Position numbers and translations under genes: made by a program
Notes under the pieces: model-generated
The model's database searches: none
The model's input: the letters and a program-made list of their open reading frames with translations, nothing else
Told to the model about the DNA's origin: nothing
In this document: positions 48,909 to 62,802 of the stretch, one piece after another
Layout: the number at the start of each line of letters is the position of its first letter
Position numbering within the stretch: the stretch's first letter is position 1
Assembly (NCBI GenBank): GCA_028023455.1
Contig: JAQFVV010000003.1
Span: 1,116,001-1,180,000 of the forward strand
Direction: 5' to 3'
Length of the DNA: 64,000 nt
DNA from: Epiperipatus broadwayi
Taxonomy: Eukaryota > Animalia > Onychophora

Positions 48909-51361
48909 ATTGAAAAACATTTTAAATATTGTATTTTATTTAACACATTATATCCACATTTGCACAACTATAAAAAAAATAATTATGCATTCCTCTTCTA
49001 GATTTCATGTATTCGCCAATTGCAAACATTGTCTTGTCCACTAGAGAGCAACCGTATGCTCATTTATTAATTGCAAAGTTTTCTGTACTTATAAAACAAA
49101 TAAAACCATGATTACATTAATAAAATCTTTAAAAAAATTTTATAAATTGAAACTATGATAGTTTTGTTTTCAATTTTACTACTGAAGCGGATATCTGAAG
49201 CTCAGATTATGCTTCACGAGTATTAACACTCATAGCACCATCCAACAGGGTTCAAAGTTTATCTCTCATACACATAGTCACTATTTATACAGGATTTTTT
49301 TTTGTTTCAACATTAATTCCATTTTGCTAGAAATAAGTTAACGATTTGGGAAAGAAAGTGAATTAGTAGAATTATGGAAACACAGCGAGGGATAGATTTA
49401 ATCAAAATATACACACTCTTTTACCATACTAATAAGATGTATATGAATTCGTTGGGAAATATTATGTATTTAAAATTTTGTATATTTTATAAATAATGGC
49501 GGCACGAGATAAGGCGATCAGTTTGCACATTTCTAGAAGCATTACTATGAGGTTTAAAACAAAGAAAAGGGGAAGAAATTGATTATTGTTATTCAGATGT
49601 CAAAATTGCTATTAATAAAAGTACATTTTCCATTAGCAGGAAATTTATTGAAGAGATCTTTCATAAATATTAAAATAGAATTTAGAACAATCGTTCAATA
49701 ATTTTTCAGAAACAATCACATTATCTTAAATTACTTGTGAAACAAAGGCAGGCTTCTTGTGGAAAAATACCCATTGTAAAAAAATTACACAGTGTTTCAG
49801 GTTACAGGCACTAAGTGCATTTGAAATATTCAGGGGATCATATAAAGAGTGTGAAAATTTGATTGTGGTTGACTTTTGGTTTTTTTTTTTAGAAAGAATT
49901 GTTTTAACTTACTTCACACCACTGTAATTATGGGAGAGGAGTAAAACCACCATGCCTTCTCTTTCTGGCCATTCCTTAACCAGTCTACTGAAATGCCTCT
50001 TTGAACTTAAAATGAAACTATGAACTATTTAACTGTGCCCTGAACCTGATCTGGAAAATTATGCTACCCGCCTTTAAGTTTCGAACCACATCAACAATAA
50101 TGAGCTGTTACCCAAGAAGGGGATCAAGAAAGTATTACGAAGGTAATAGTGCCACTTCCCACTTATATTCCAACTATAACAGATTAACTGGAAACGTAAT
50201 GTAAATTTTCATAAAAAGTAACTTATCTATATAATAATATTTAATCCGCTTTCTATATGATTCTTTATAAAACTAATAACTTAATTTTCTATTAGCCTTG
50301 CAAAGCTCTTATTCTCAAATGGTGCGACATTGATTTTCTATATAATTATAACATGTTTTTTTTGTTTTGTTCATGTAGTATGCCAGTAATTTATTTCCCA
50401 ACTCTGCAAATGTGTTTAAATTTAGCTCAGTTCCCTGTCATTAAAAGGGAGTGTCATTTAATTAATTAAGTTGTTTATTACAAAATTGTACATTTGCCAG
50501 GTTGGAAAGATTTAAAATGTTATTTTTCTTAGTATACTGTTATTGCGATTTGATGAAGGGGGAAAACATTTTCCATCTTCAATGCTTTTATGAAAATGTA
50601 AATAATTTAAGATCACAGATCTTGGGAAATTAGTAAGTAAATGATTTTATATCTTTCATATGTCATTTCTATATTTAATTATCGCCTAAGTTAACAATTA
50701 TATGTCGTGTAATGATCCTCCAAAGAATATCAGTCACATAAATAGGTAAATTAATGCTGTTAAAATATATTTGATCACTTGGTGTCATATCCAGAACAAA
50801 TGTTGAAGTTAAGGTTAGATGGTGTGGGGGTGGGAGAAGTTGGGCTCTATATTTTAAAATTTTACTAAAGTGAGAAAATCAATCTTATATTTTATAATTA
50901 TGTCATAATGTTAGTTATCTTTAAATAAGTCAGATTAAGCAATTTGACTATACCATCAAGAAAAGGGAAGAACTAATATATTAAGGATTAAGTTTAAGCA
51001 TTATAAATGATTGTTATATTTTTGTCCAAGTGTTATTACTGTCGGTCTATTTCATAAATTGTATGCTATTCATCCAAAGTATGCATCGGAAAAGACCCGA
51101 GCCATTTAATCTTCATTTTCAGTCCATGATAGGGGAATAGGCCCTGGACAATGTGCCTGCTTAATAATGGGATTTTGCACCATCAGGACAATCCCATTTA
51201 GGCTAAATATCTTTGTTCTAGAGACCAACCTCTGAAAATTTGTAGCATGGCAAGATAATCTTACAAGCACACTATCATGTCTCGTAAATGGAGTTCTCAA
51301 CATAAAAACAGCCTGTACAATAGCTCCACCATTACTATATTTAATTCTTTATTTAGTAAGT

Positions 51362-53707
51362 TGTTATAATACTTTCTTCTCTCAGAATTGGATTTTTCCA
51401 GATGCCTCTTTATCCGATCAGATTAAACATTGTTTGCCACAGGCCAATAGGCTGATGTATAAATAAAACATAGCCAATGATTATTACAAGCTAATAAGCA
51501 ACAATGCTTGCTGAATCTGAAGGTTTTCAATAAGGTCAGGTATCTCGATATAAATAGTCAGCCTTTTGTGAGAATCATGGTAGAATGTCTGTCTAACCTG
51601 AAAGACTGTTCACATTCTCCCAGGGAAGCTCTGCTAACTTGAATAGCAACAAGTATTCTCATTGATAGCACTATGCTATTTAGTCTATGTAGCTAGGCAA
51701 GTCCCACAGAGACCGGATGCTGCTAAGACTACTGTTGGCTTGAGGCAATCTGTCTTGTACATCTGGAAGAGCCATACACCCTACCCATGAGGCAAGCTAT
51801 CAGTTGTAGCTGGCAGCGGTAAGCAGAATCCAGAGTTTACATTAAGCTACCATATTCAACATTGTAAATATTTTCTTGTATATATACTGTATATTGTATT
51901 ATATATATTTGTAGATATAATAAATATATTAATTGTAATACTCGTCTTAGTATTATTTTCTGTAGGTTGACTCTGTAATCCAGACCAAACATAACTGATT
52001 TGGGCGCAGTCAGACAAAAAATTCCCCCCCCCCACGGCTGGAAAAAGAAAAAACTTGGGAATGTAAATACGCGATTGCGCACTTATATAGACATTTGTAA
52101 GTTATGGATCTGTGATTATTAAATCACACTTAAATACTGTCCAAGTAAAATACATGAATACATATTTACTAAACAGTGATTATTAAAATCACATATTTCT
52201 GGCAAAATAAAAAGTAAAATATGCGAATAAGCAAGCATAAACATTCGTTGTATTTACTAAGCAGCCAATACGAGAATGGAAAAACCCATTCCAAAAAAAC
52301 AACAAGGGCAACTATAAAAAATATAAACCAGTTTCCAGTATAAATTACATTAAGGGCAATCAGTCTGGATTTATACATAGTATTATAATTAATGATATAC
52401 CAGTGAGGATGGAACTGGACACAGAGTCTGCAGTGTCTATTGTTTCAAAAAAGACTTGGGCTATCATTAATAAAAATAATAAATATAAGCTGCATCCTAG
52501 CACTAGGACTGTAACAGATTACCAGGGTAAAAAAATAAAATTCTTGGATCAGACAAGAGTTAAAATTATCATGCCTAACAAAACTAGACACCTACGATTG
52601 GTAGTGGCAACAGGTGATCAAAGCAACTTATTAGGCCATGACTGGTTCAGTCATTTAGACTTTGCAGTAACAAAGGTGAACCAGATTACAACATTAACTA
52701 AATTTAAACCTGAAAAGCTGATAACAAAAATGGATATGGGAAATTGGAACACCAGGATTGCCAGAACACCACTAACTTTGCAGACTAAAATGCTATGCAG
52801 GATGTATAGAGGACCCACTAAATGGACCCCAGCAGTCGTAATCCAACAAAAAGAACTCCACACCATTGTAGTTGAAACAGATGTATACCAACATCATTAC
52901 CATCGAAAACAACTTAGGCTGGATTGTACTGATGCAGCCATAAGGAATGACTCCAGAGACATGCAGTACAAGCAAGAAGGACCAACAAACCAAAGACAGC
53001 AGCAAACCAGAAACAGCACCAAAGGGTATTAGTCGTCATCCCGCACACCTGCATGACTATATTCTCTATAGCTAAATTTTAGCTAGGGGGAGGGATGTTA
53101 TAGTCCTTCCTTCTCTCAGAAGTGGATTCCAGATGCCTCCTTATCTAATCGGATTAAGCATTGTTTGCTACAGGCCAATACATAGCCAATGATTATTACA
53201 GGCCAATAAGCAACGATGCTTGCTGAATCTGAAGATTTTCAATAAGATCAGGGATCTGGCTATAAATAGTCAGACTTTTGTAAGAATTATGGTAGAATGT
53301 CTGTCTAACCTGAAAGACTGTTCATGTTCTCCCAGGGAAACTCTGCTAACCTAAACAGCAGCAAGTATTCACATTGATAGCACTATATGCTCTTTAGTCT
53401 ATGCAGCTAGGCAAGTCCCTAAGAGACCGGACGCTGCTAAGATTACTGTTGGCTTGAGGCAAGCTATCTTGTACAGCTGGAAGAGCCATACACCCTATCC
53501 TGAGGCTCTATCAGGTGTAGCTGGAAGCAGTAGGCAGAACCCAGAGTTTACATTAAGCTACAATATTCAAAATTGTAAATATTATCTTGTATATATACTG
53601 TATATTGTATTATATATATTTGTAGATATAATAAATATATTAATTGTAATAGTTGTCTTAGTATTATTTTTTGTAGGTTGGGTCTGTAATCCAGACCAAA
53701 CATAACA
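51362..53707 (+). mobile_element. Internally deleted non-autonomous Gypsy LTR element (2346 bp)
   Basis: LTRs 51362-51996 and 53096-53707 (TGTTATA...CATAAC[T/A]), perfect TSD TAAGT, tRNA-Ser-like PBS TGGGCGCAGTCAG at 52001 and PPT AGGGGGAGGGA at 53085-53095. Confidence 0.93.
52403..53032 (+). pseudogene. Residual pol frame: aspartic protease joined to integrase C-terminal region
   Basis: MELDTESAVSIVS (LDTG-like) and NLLGHDWF, followed directly by KWTPAVVIQQ...HRKQLR. RT and RNase H are absent. Confidence 0.75.
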
Positions 53708-55818
53708 TAAGTCCTACCTATAAAATTCCGTAGTTCGATGATGTGATTACTTGAGGCTGAATTATGTGTATCTAAATGTTGATGATTAATATTATATTTA
53801 AAATTCATAAATCAATGTATTAGTATCTGACTCTAGATATTTAATATAGTCAGAATGCCCCTCTCCTACATTCCATCTGAAAAATAAAATCTCTGTTGAT
53901 GTATAATATCCTAACGCAATAAACTAATTGCTTTACAAAAGATCAGTAATTTATTCCCATATTAAATGATTGTTTACAAAAACATATATATCGTGTATAA
54001 CATTAGGCTGATGGTAAATAGTGTATTATTCAAGTAAACTACTGTAATTCCCTTTTACTCCATTAATGCAATAATAAAAGGTTATTGGCATATCACTAAA
54101 ACCGCACTAGAAATAAATGTACTAAAGAACAAAATATACTTGTTTTAATATATGTATAAAACAGTGATATATGTAAATGTATTTGGTTGTAAGTGATATA
54201 TATTAATGCATAATAATGCGCATTATTAAACAATATTTAAAGTCTTATTCTTGAGTCATTGCCTTTACAGTTGATTATGCTTTCTCTTACACATATATCT
54301 ATGCACATTAGGTTTATACATATACATAAGATATAAACAATTTATTATAAGTAACAATTATATAGATATGGCCAGTTGCCTAATTAGAATCTTTTTGTTT
54401 TCCCGTTGAGCTGCTGGCCGGAAGTGATTGAATATGATTTGTACCATAGATATTGCTAATCATAGGTATAGAGACATGGGTTTTAACCTGTAGGGCAGAG
54501 CTAGAAAATGTTCCTGACTTAGGTATCTTGCACTTGATCTGACTCGAGGTATTCAGGTTGAAATTCCAAGTCTGGCTGTATGAATGATGCAAATTAACCG
54601 GTATACTACAAAGTAGGGGGTCTATATGTCCCGGATTTGTCCTGCTTTTATCTTTATTTCATGATTTTTTTTATTTCGGTATTTGCAATGTTTTTTTTTT
54701 TTGAACGTGTGTTCAGATTAAGCCCTGAGGAAAAATATAGACATTACTGAAGAGCCACATATGACTCTTGCGACCCCTGGTCTAGTGCTCCTAAGCAATA
54801 AATGATTTCATTATTTTTTAATGATTAAAGAGATAATTAAAATTTATAATGTGGCTTAAAATTGAGACACAAGAAAATGTGCCTAGAAAATGAAATAATG
54901 ATAAAGGAATTTCTAAATAATAATTGAAAAGTTAGTTGCTCAGGAGGTTATGTGATGTTAATTCATGAGAAAAATCTTGCTCTTAAATGCTTTATTCTTC
55001 TATAGCATTAAACCATGCAGAAGAACTTTACTAACAATAGATAAATGTTGCCCATTAATCATATAACTTTATTGCTTAATTGTCAAACTTTTCTTTAAGA
55101 AGAAAATTTAATATGCAACATTTATACTCTTAATAAAATAAGCAAATCAACATTATTAAGACTAAAGTTTATGTTTCTTTGTTTGACTTACAAATATGTA
55201 TAAAATAATTAATAAAGCTTATATGTAAATTTTTACATTAAATTGATAATATTTAAATTAGAAGTGTTGGAAGAATCACTTGTTTTCAAAGGTAATTGAA
55301 AAGAATGTTTGCATGAAACATGTCCTTTAATAATAGTTCCAATTTTTTCCACTATGTGGCAATGTAAAGAATGAAATGAAGCTTTTTCTTTCTTTCTTTT
55401 TTTTTTTTTTTTATAGATAGTGCTTTAAAGATTTAACATTGCTTCAATTTAAAAATAGTATTGGTAATTGTTTATTTAGTCTTTTAGTTTGTAAATAAAC
55501 TTTTCATCATATAGCAAAATAACTAGATTTAAGTACTTAACTTAACAAACTTGAACTTTTCATTGACAATAAAATATTTTAATTAAAACATACTAAGCAA
55601 AATAAAATAAAATGTAATAATACAAGGAATTACTATTACAAATGCATTTAGTTTTTTACTATTATTTTATTTCATAATATCTTTCAATATTTATTATGCT
55701 ATTAAATATTTGAAATTAGTCTTTGAAAAGAAATCTTGTGAAGATAATCAAATACATTTTGTAGTGGACATTGGAAAATACTGAGAGTTATCTCTTAGTT
55801 GGCAATTTGTGTAGTCAA

Positions 55819-55889
55819 GCGTTGGTGGCCAAATGTTAGCACAGCTGCCTTACAAGCAGTTGTCCCGGGTTTGCTTCCCAGCCAATGCT
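55819..55889 (+). pseudogene. Second degenerate tRNA-Gly retrocopy
   Basis: GCGTTGGTGGCCAAATGTTAGCACAGCTGCCTTACAAGCAGTTGTCCCGGGTTTGCTTCCCAGCCAATGC. It has the same TGTAGTCAA leader and TTTGA(T/C)ACA(T/C)+A-run trailer as the 41.4-kb copy. Confidence 0.8.
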
Positions 55890-56889
55890 TTGATACATAA
55901 AAAAAAAAGACTGTTCATTAATAGATCATTAAAATATTTCAAAACTTATTCTGTTTACATTCGGCATGTGCTTTTAAGTGAAAGAATGGTAGGTGTTTAT
56001 GGTTAGGGTAAAATTAACACCACTAACATATATAGCATTTAAATTAGTGTTAGATCTATATAAGGATGCAAGCAGATTGGCTTGGTTTCAAGGTTAGAGT
56101 ATTTTTAAATTTCTATTGTTAGCATGTTAATGTAAAGAAGATGAAGATTATTGTTAGATGTATAAGCATAAGTAATTGTGATTCTTTATTGACGAAGGCC
56201 ATTAATCATAAACTAGTGAAAAATGTGGATTGCAGCAATATGTCTATTTATTTCACAAGCTAGATTCCTAAATATTTATTTAAATGAATATGCAAACAAT
56301 TTCCATCTTTTATTATATCAATGCCAATCTATTTTAACAAGTCCCTTCAGAGATCTAGTTTCTGAAGTACCTTAATAATGGATTCGATTTGTTTGTTCTG
56401 TGAATAGGTTTACTTGCTATTAGGTATGCATTGCTCAGTATAAAAGTTACTGACTCTAACTATACAGTATATATAAATAAAATTTTTTAGAAATTAAATA
56501 TTTAGTAATTAAAGGTATTTCATTTTTTGGCAATATTTTTGGTCAGTAAATAATACAGTATTTTTTTTCTCAAAAAACAAAAACAAACAACAATTTAGCA
56601 ATTAAAATGTTTGTTTTCCTCATTTTTTCTTTTGCTAAATAGAAAATATCACTTTCTTTGTTCTTGTTTACAAAATTATGTCAAAAAATAAATCACACCA
56701 AAGCAGTTGAACAGTTTTCTCTTGATACCAAATGGAAAAGACCAAGAAAAAAGTGTGAACCCATTGCTTCATTATATATTTATTTTTATGTAAAAAAGTG
56801 TGCATATTAAATTATTTAAAATTATACATCCATACTATATTACATTTTTCTATCTTTTTATCAATTATTGTAAAAAGAAAATGACAACG

Positions 56890-57070
56890 ATTATCATCAT
56901 CAACAATCTTGGTTATTCCATTCCAGCAATGAAAGTCTCTCCAAGTTTTTTCTCCAATCCTTATCTTCTTTTCTTCACATCACTCCAGCAAACTTCTTTA
57001 TCTCATCCACCCATCTCATATATTTACTACATTATTTCTTTTGCAACTCTTGAGATCCATGTTAAGGTTT
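56890..57070 (-). mobile_element. RTE LINE 3'-end fragment
   Basis: Colinear with 57618-57800, including the (TGA)n-like tail. Confidence 0.7.
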
Positions 57071-57617
57071 CAATTGTTTATTTATACATTGTCATTTTTC
57101 TAGTTTCATGTCCAGACCAATTCTATTTCATTTTTTTAATGCTTTGTATGAAGTTAGAGCTTTGTATTTATTTTTATGCCTATGCACTTTGCTTTGAATT
57201 CCTCTCTATTACTCCTAATATCTCTCTATACTTTTCTGTGTGGTCTAAGCTTTCTGTATTACTCTTCTGTAAAATATTGAAGTGTCAGGCCTATATATAC
57301 ATATTGATAAAACACATTTATTAAAAACCTTTCTTTTTAAGCATATAGATATATCTGATTTTAATATTAATTATCCAACTAAGATATTTATAATTATTAA
57401 TTTCTAATTTATTATTATCAATCTTTATTTTTTTCCATTTTTTAAAAAAAAATCTTTATTCATTACTTTAGTCTTTTTAGACTCTTTTGAAATATTTTCT
57501 AAAGACCTGTTTGAAGCATTATTTGCAAAAACAACCACATTATCTGAGAAAATGTAGATGACTGAAATAAGATCTCCATATTTTCAGTCTCTTAGCTTTC
57601 TCTTTTATTTTGTAAAT

Positions 57618-60570
57618 CAACATCATCATCAACAACCATTATCAATCCACTGCAGGATGAAGATCTCTCCAAGTTCAATCCATCTTTTCCTATCTTTAGC
57701 TTCTCTTCTCCACATCACCCCTGCACACTTTCTTATTTCATCCATCCATCTCACATGTGGTCTCTTTCTGGGTCTTTTACAATCTCTTGGAATCCAGTTT
57801 AAAATTTCAATTATCATCTGTTATCATCTCTTTTAACAATATGTCCAGCCCAACTCCACTTCAGTCTTTTAATTTTTTCAATGAGGTCAGTAACACCTGT
57901 TTGTTCTCTTACCCATACATTGTGTTCTTGATCCCTTCTTGTTACTCCCAACATGCATCTCTCCATACTTCTTTGAGTGGTCTGAAGTCTCTGTATTGTT
58001 CTTTTATTAAGTGTCCAAGTCTCAGATCCATAAGTAAAAACTGGCAAAACACATTTATTAAAAACCTTCCTTTTCAAACACCTTTTAGTATCAAGTTATT
58101 TCTATCAAAAGCACTCCAACCAAGTTTAATTCTATGATTAATTTCATCCATTATATTTCCATCTGCATTAATAATCTGACCAAGGTATTTGTAACTGTTA
58201 ACTTCTTCTAACTCATCGTAATCAATCTTTATTTTCATATTTTGAGAAAATCTATTAAACATTACTTTAGTCTTTTTAACATTTATCTTTAGTCCTACTT
58301 TCATCTGATAACCCCTGCAACATTTCCTGTAGCTCTAAATCATTAATTGCAAAAACAACTACATCATCTGCAAAATCTAAATGACTTAAATAATCTCCAT
58401 TTACTTTCACTCCTTTAGCTTCCCATTTTAATCCACAAAATACTTCTTGCAGCACTGCTGTAAAAAGTTTTGGAGATATGGAGTCACCCTGTCTTACACT
58501 CTTTTCAATGTTGATTTTCCTACTATCATTATGTAATCTAACTGTTGCTGTTGCATTTTTATAAATATTCTTCAAAATATGACAATATCCTGGATCTACA
58601 CCTTGATGATCCAATGCTTTAATCACTGAAGAAATGTTTATAGAATCAAATGCCTTTTCATAGTCTACAAATCCTAAGCATAATGGCACCTCATATTTAT
58701 TTGTCCTTTCTATAATTTCTCTCAATACCTGGATATGATCTACTATACTAAAACTACTTTTAAATCACGAGTTGTAATTATCTTAGTAAAAATTTTGTAT
58801 AAAACTGATAAAAGACTGATAGGTCTGTAATTTCTAATATCTTCTTTATCACCTTTTTAAAATATTAATATTAATACTGCATTCTTTCAATCATCTGGTA
58901 CATCTTTATCATTTAGACATTTGGTATATAACTTTGCTAAAAAATTTTCTATTTCTTCACCTGCTTCTTTTAATATATCAATTACAATTCCATCATTACC
59001 TGGAGCCTTCCCTTTCTTCATAAATTTAATTGCATGTCTCACTTCCTCATGCAAAATTCTGGACAATTCAGAAGATATAATATGTATAGGAGGCACTTGT
59101 TCTTTATTACTATATAATTCTTGATAGAAGTCTTCTAAACATTTTATGATGTCATCTCTCTTTTTAGTAATAATGCCATCTTTTTTTCTTATTGCAGATA
59201 TAAATTTCCTACCAATACCAAAATGTTGTTTTACACTCTTTAGACTTTTATTCTCTTCTACAGCTTTCCTTGCTAGTTCACAATTATACTTTCTTATATC
59301 ATTTTCAACTCTTTTCTGCACCATTTTACAAAATGCGAGATATTCAATCTTTTTTAATGCACCATTGTTATATATCTTCATATTCCTTCTTTTCTTCATA
59401 AATTCTCTAGTCTCAGTAGAAATTTTCCTGGTCAATTGCTGCTTTTTTCTACCAGCTATCTTTGTTGCAGTTTTTAAAAGTGTATCACTTATTTTCCTAT
59501 TAATGTCATTCAAATCTGAATCATGTTCAAAATCTACTAATACTTGAAACCGATTTGTACGTTCTAATTTAAATTCATTAGAATGTTTCTGAAGATTAGG
59601 AATATCAACTGTAAATATTGTTTTTCTTAATAATTTTTGTCTCTCTAGTTTTGCATTAACATGTATCTTACATCTTACTAATCGGTGATCACTTCCTGTG
59701 TTAAATTTATTAAGAACATTACAATCTTGAAATATGTATTTTCGGTTAGTCAAAATATAATCCAATTCTGCTGTACCTTCATTTGGATGCTTCCACGTCC
59801 ATTTCCTTTTAACATTTTTCTCAAAAAAAGAATTCATAATATAAAGTTTTTCTTTTTCTGTAAACTCCACAAATCTATGTCCTCTCTCATTTCTATTACC
59901 ATAACCAAAACTACCTACAGCATTTTCATCTTTCATTTGTTTACCAATTCTAGCATTAAAGTCTCCCATAACAATTTTAAAATGTTGTTTCAAAAGCCTT
60001 TTGTACATCCATATAAAAATCTTCTACTACTTCATTACTATGAGAACTTGTTGGGGCATAAACCTGAATTATCTGCATTTGGTATCTGCTATTAAGTTGT
60101 AAAACTAATCTTGCCACTCTGTCTGATACACCATCAATCTCCACAATGTTATTCTTCCATTTTTTATTTATAATGAATCCTACTCCACTTGTATTTGTGC
60201 CTTTATAGTAGAGTATATGTCCACTTTTTAAATCAATTGTTTCTTCACCTTTTCTTCTAACTTCACAAAGTCCAATAATGTTTCATTTAATATAAAGACA
60301 TTTCTTCTGCAACTCTTGCAATCTTCCTTCACTTGAAAGTGATCTGCAGTTGTAAGTACCTAAATAAAAAGTAGTCATCAAATGGCAGCCTGAGTCCGCA
60401 ATCAGGGGATTCTTAGCACCCTCTGCCTTCAGCCACCAACCGCTGCCTTGGTTGGTGACTTTACAGCCTCCTGGGAATAAGGACCATGATTTATTTTTGT
60501 CTGTCATGATTGTATATATTGAAAAAATATTCTTAATCTCGAGGTAAAAAGCCAATAAACTCACCACACT
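57618..60570 (-). mobile_element. Near full-length RTE-clade LINE, frameshifted
   Basis: APE motifs GTYNCRSL, GDFNARIG, LDYIL, SDHRLV. RT motifs FVDYEKAFDS, RQGDSISPKLF, FADD, YKYLG. C-terminal YGSETW, WAGH, RPHVRW, then a (TGA)n tail. Likely ATG at 60507. Confidence 0.95.
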
Positions 60571-61149
60571 GGCTAAATACTTCTCTATAAAACTGCTGTA
60601 AATATATAAGGTATGGAATCACTCTGTCATTTGCTCTTATCAATATTAATCTTTGTGTCAACATAAAATCTAATCACTAATTCTTCATTTTGATAACTTC
60701 TTCAAAATATGATAATATTCGGTATCTGTTGTTTTAAGTTAGCCAAAAGCTTTAATCAGTGTGGAAATGCCTTTTAATAATCTAAATAATTTGAAGCATA
60801 ACAGCAACTTATACTTATTGGTCCTATCTATAACTCTACTCAATATTTTCAAATTCAGCTTGCTCTTTTGGTTTGAGTCAAAAGTTTCCTATAGACGAGT
60901 TGTAATAATCATAGTAAAAGTGTTGTATGGAACTGATAGAAAACTGTTAATGAATAATATTTCTTAAGTAGTGAAAATTATACTACAGAAATATGATTCA
61001 TTATTGGATAATCTCTAGTGTAATAAAAATTATTAATATACTCTCAGTAAGTGATTTGTGTTAAAATTGTGACGGTTGCACATTTGACATTTATCAATTA
61101 AACTAGTAATTTGCTATCTATTTATATTACAAACATTGATAAATATATG

Positions 61150-61260
61150 TGTTACAGATTGTGGTCTGAGCTAACTGATGAGTGCTGGTTTAGCATGATA
61201 TGTGCATCTTGGGAATCATAAATCTTTTTCATGTCTTTCATCATATGTTTATGATTACGT
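61150..61260 (+). mobile_element. Family B fragment containing the hammerhead motif
   Basis: GCTAA CTGATGA GTGCT-GGTTT-AGCAT GATA TGTGCAT C TTGGG at 61170-61213. Confidence 0.7.
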
Positions 61261-61329
61261 CTCCACAAAGTGATAAAAGTTAATAGAAAACATTCCCATA
61301 ATCTCTAGTCTAATGAATGACTAATAAAA

Positions 61330-61810
61330 ATTATTAATAAGACTGCTAAATTTGTAATTTCTAATATCTTTTTTATTACTTTTCTTAAAAATCAATATTA
61401 TTGCTGCATTCTTCCAATTTATTTAATATATCTTTACCATTAGCCACTTGATATATAATTTTGCCAACAATGTTTCCATTTCTTTGGTTCTTTTAAGATA
61501 TTAATAATAATTTCATCATTTCCAGAAGCTTTCTTCTTCTTTGTAGATTTAATTATGTTTCACTTCTTCATTTAAAATACAAGACATTTCAGATGTTGTC
61601 ATTACAAGGAATACTTTGTTATCTTGTTCTTTCTTACTATGTAGTTCTTTATTGAACTTTTTCAAATATTTCATGTTATCATCTTATCGCTGAAACAACT
61701 TTGTTCTCTTCATAACTTTTTTTTTCCCAATTCACAGTTATACTTTTTTTTTTATCTCATTATTAACTTCTTTTTTTTTTTTTTGGTATTATTTTGAAAA
61801 ATTCCAGATA
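61330..61810 (-). mobile_element. Degraded RTE LINE internal fragment
   Basis: Colinear with ~58790-59300. Confidence 0.7.
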
Positions 61811-62316
61811 TTCACTTCTTAACTCATAATTTTTTAATGTTTTTATATTACTTTTTTTTTGATACATTGTCTTGTCTCTGACAAAAGTTATTTGTGAGGT
61901 CCAAAGAATTATAAACTTATCTATAAGTATAATAGCAGCTAAATATAGTTTTTTAAAATTGAAAATTAAAAAAGTATATATTTACAAACACAGTCCCAAG
62001 GTTAATTAAATATTGTAGATTTGAATTTTAAAAAAAGGCTATATTTAAAATAACAAATTACAAAAAAGTTTTCAATCTATTTATGATGAGAAGGTTGGAA
62101 CCAATGTGGGCTTTGACCATTCCATCATCAGATTTTCAATGAAATGGGTGGCTGAAGAGTTGTGAGATGGAGTGGATTGAAGCCAGTCCATTAAAGTATG
62201 AAGATTGGCTATCTTAATATAGGCTGAACATTGATTGTCAGTCCATTAAAGTATGAAGATTGGCTATCTTAATATAAGCTGAGCATTGATTGTATATATG
62301 TGTGGTGATAATCAGG

Positions 62317-62358
62317 ACCAACTGATGAGTGCTGGTTTAGCATGAAATATGTATATTG
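62317..62358 (+). ncRNA. Type I hammerhead ribozyme motif (family B), best-preserved copy
   Basis: ACCAA CTGATGA GTGCT-GGTTT-AGCAT GAAA TATGTAT A TTG. Core, helix II and helix III intact; helix I reduced to 3 bp; predicted AUA cleavage after 62355. Confidence 0.8.
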
Positions 62359-62802
62359 ACAATTGTTTATCTTTTTAATGTGCATGTTATCAAGTGTGTT
62401 AGAAGTATGAGATAGCATGGATAGGTGAGGGTTATGTGAAAGTTTGAGCTTAAACCCCTATATATTACATATTGGAGTGCAGGTATGAAAAAGTCTGTAC
62501 TGTAGAAAAAAATCATATATTAAAATATAGTGCTGCAATGTCTGCCCATCCTTCATATATGTATGTAAATAGTTTATGTCCTGTACATGAGGGGCAGAGT
62601 GACTTATGGTCAACATGGGTAGGATGAGAAGGTTGGTACGAATGTGAGCTTTGAACATTCCATCATCAGATTTTCAATGAAATGGATGGCTGAAAAGTTG
62701 TGAGGTGGAGTGGATTGTAGCCTGTTTATTAAAGTATGAAGATTGGCTATCTTAATACAGGCTGAGCATTGATTGTATGTATGTGTGAAGATGATAATCT
62801 GG

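Larger units (their letters stand above)
46509..54779 (-). mobile_element. hAT DNA transposon fossil (Buster/SPIN/GTF2IRD2-like), 8.27 kb including nested insertions
   Basis: Perfect 8-bp TSD GTCTAGTG (46501-46508, 54780-54787). Imperfect TIRs CAGGTGTCTGCAAA / CAGGGGTC-GCAAG. Confidence 0.85.

Noticed and set aside
56800-57324. 174-aa ORF
   Set aside because: Hydrophobic low-complexity antisense read-through of an RTE 3' fragment and AT-rich DNA.
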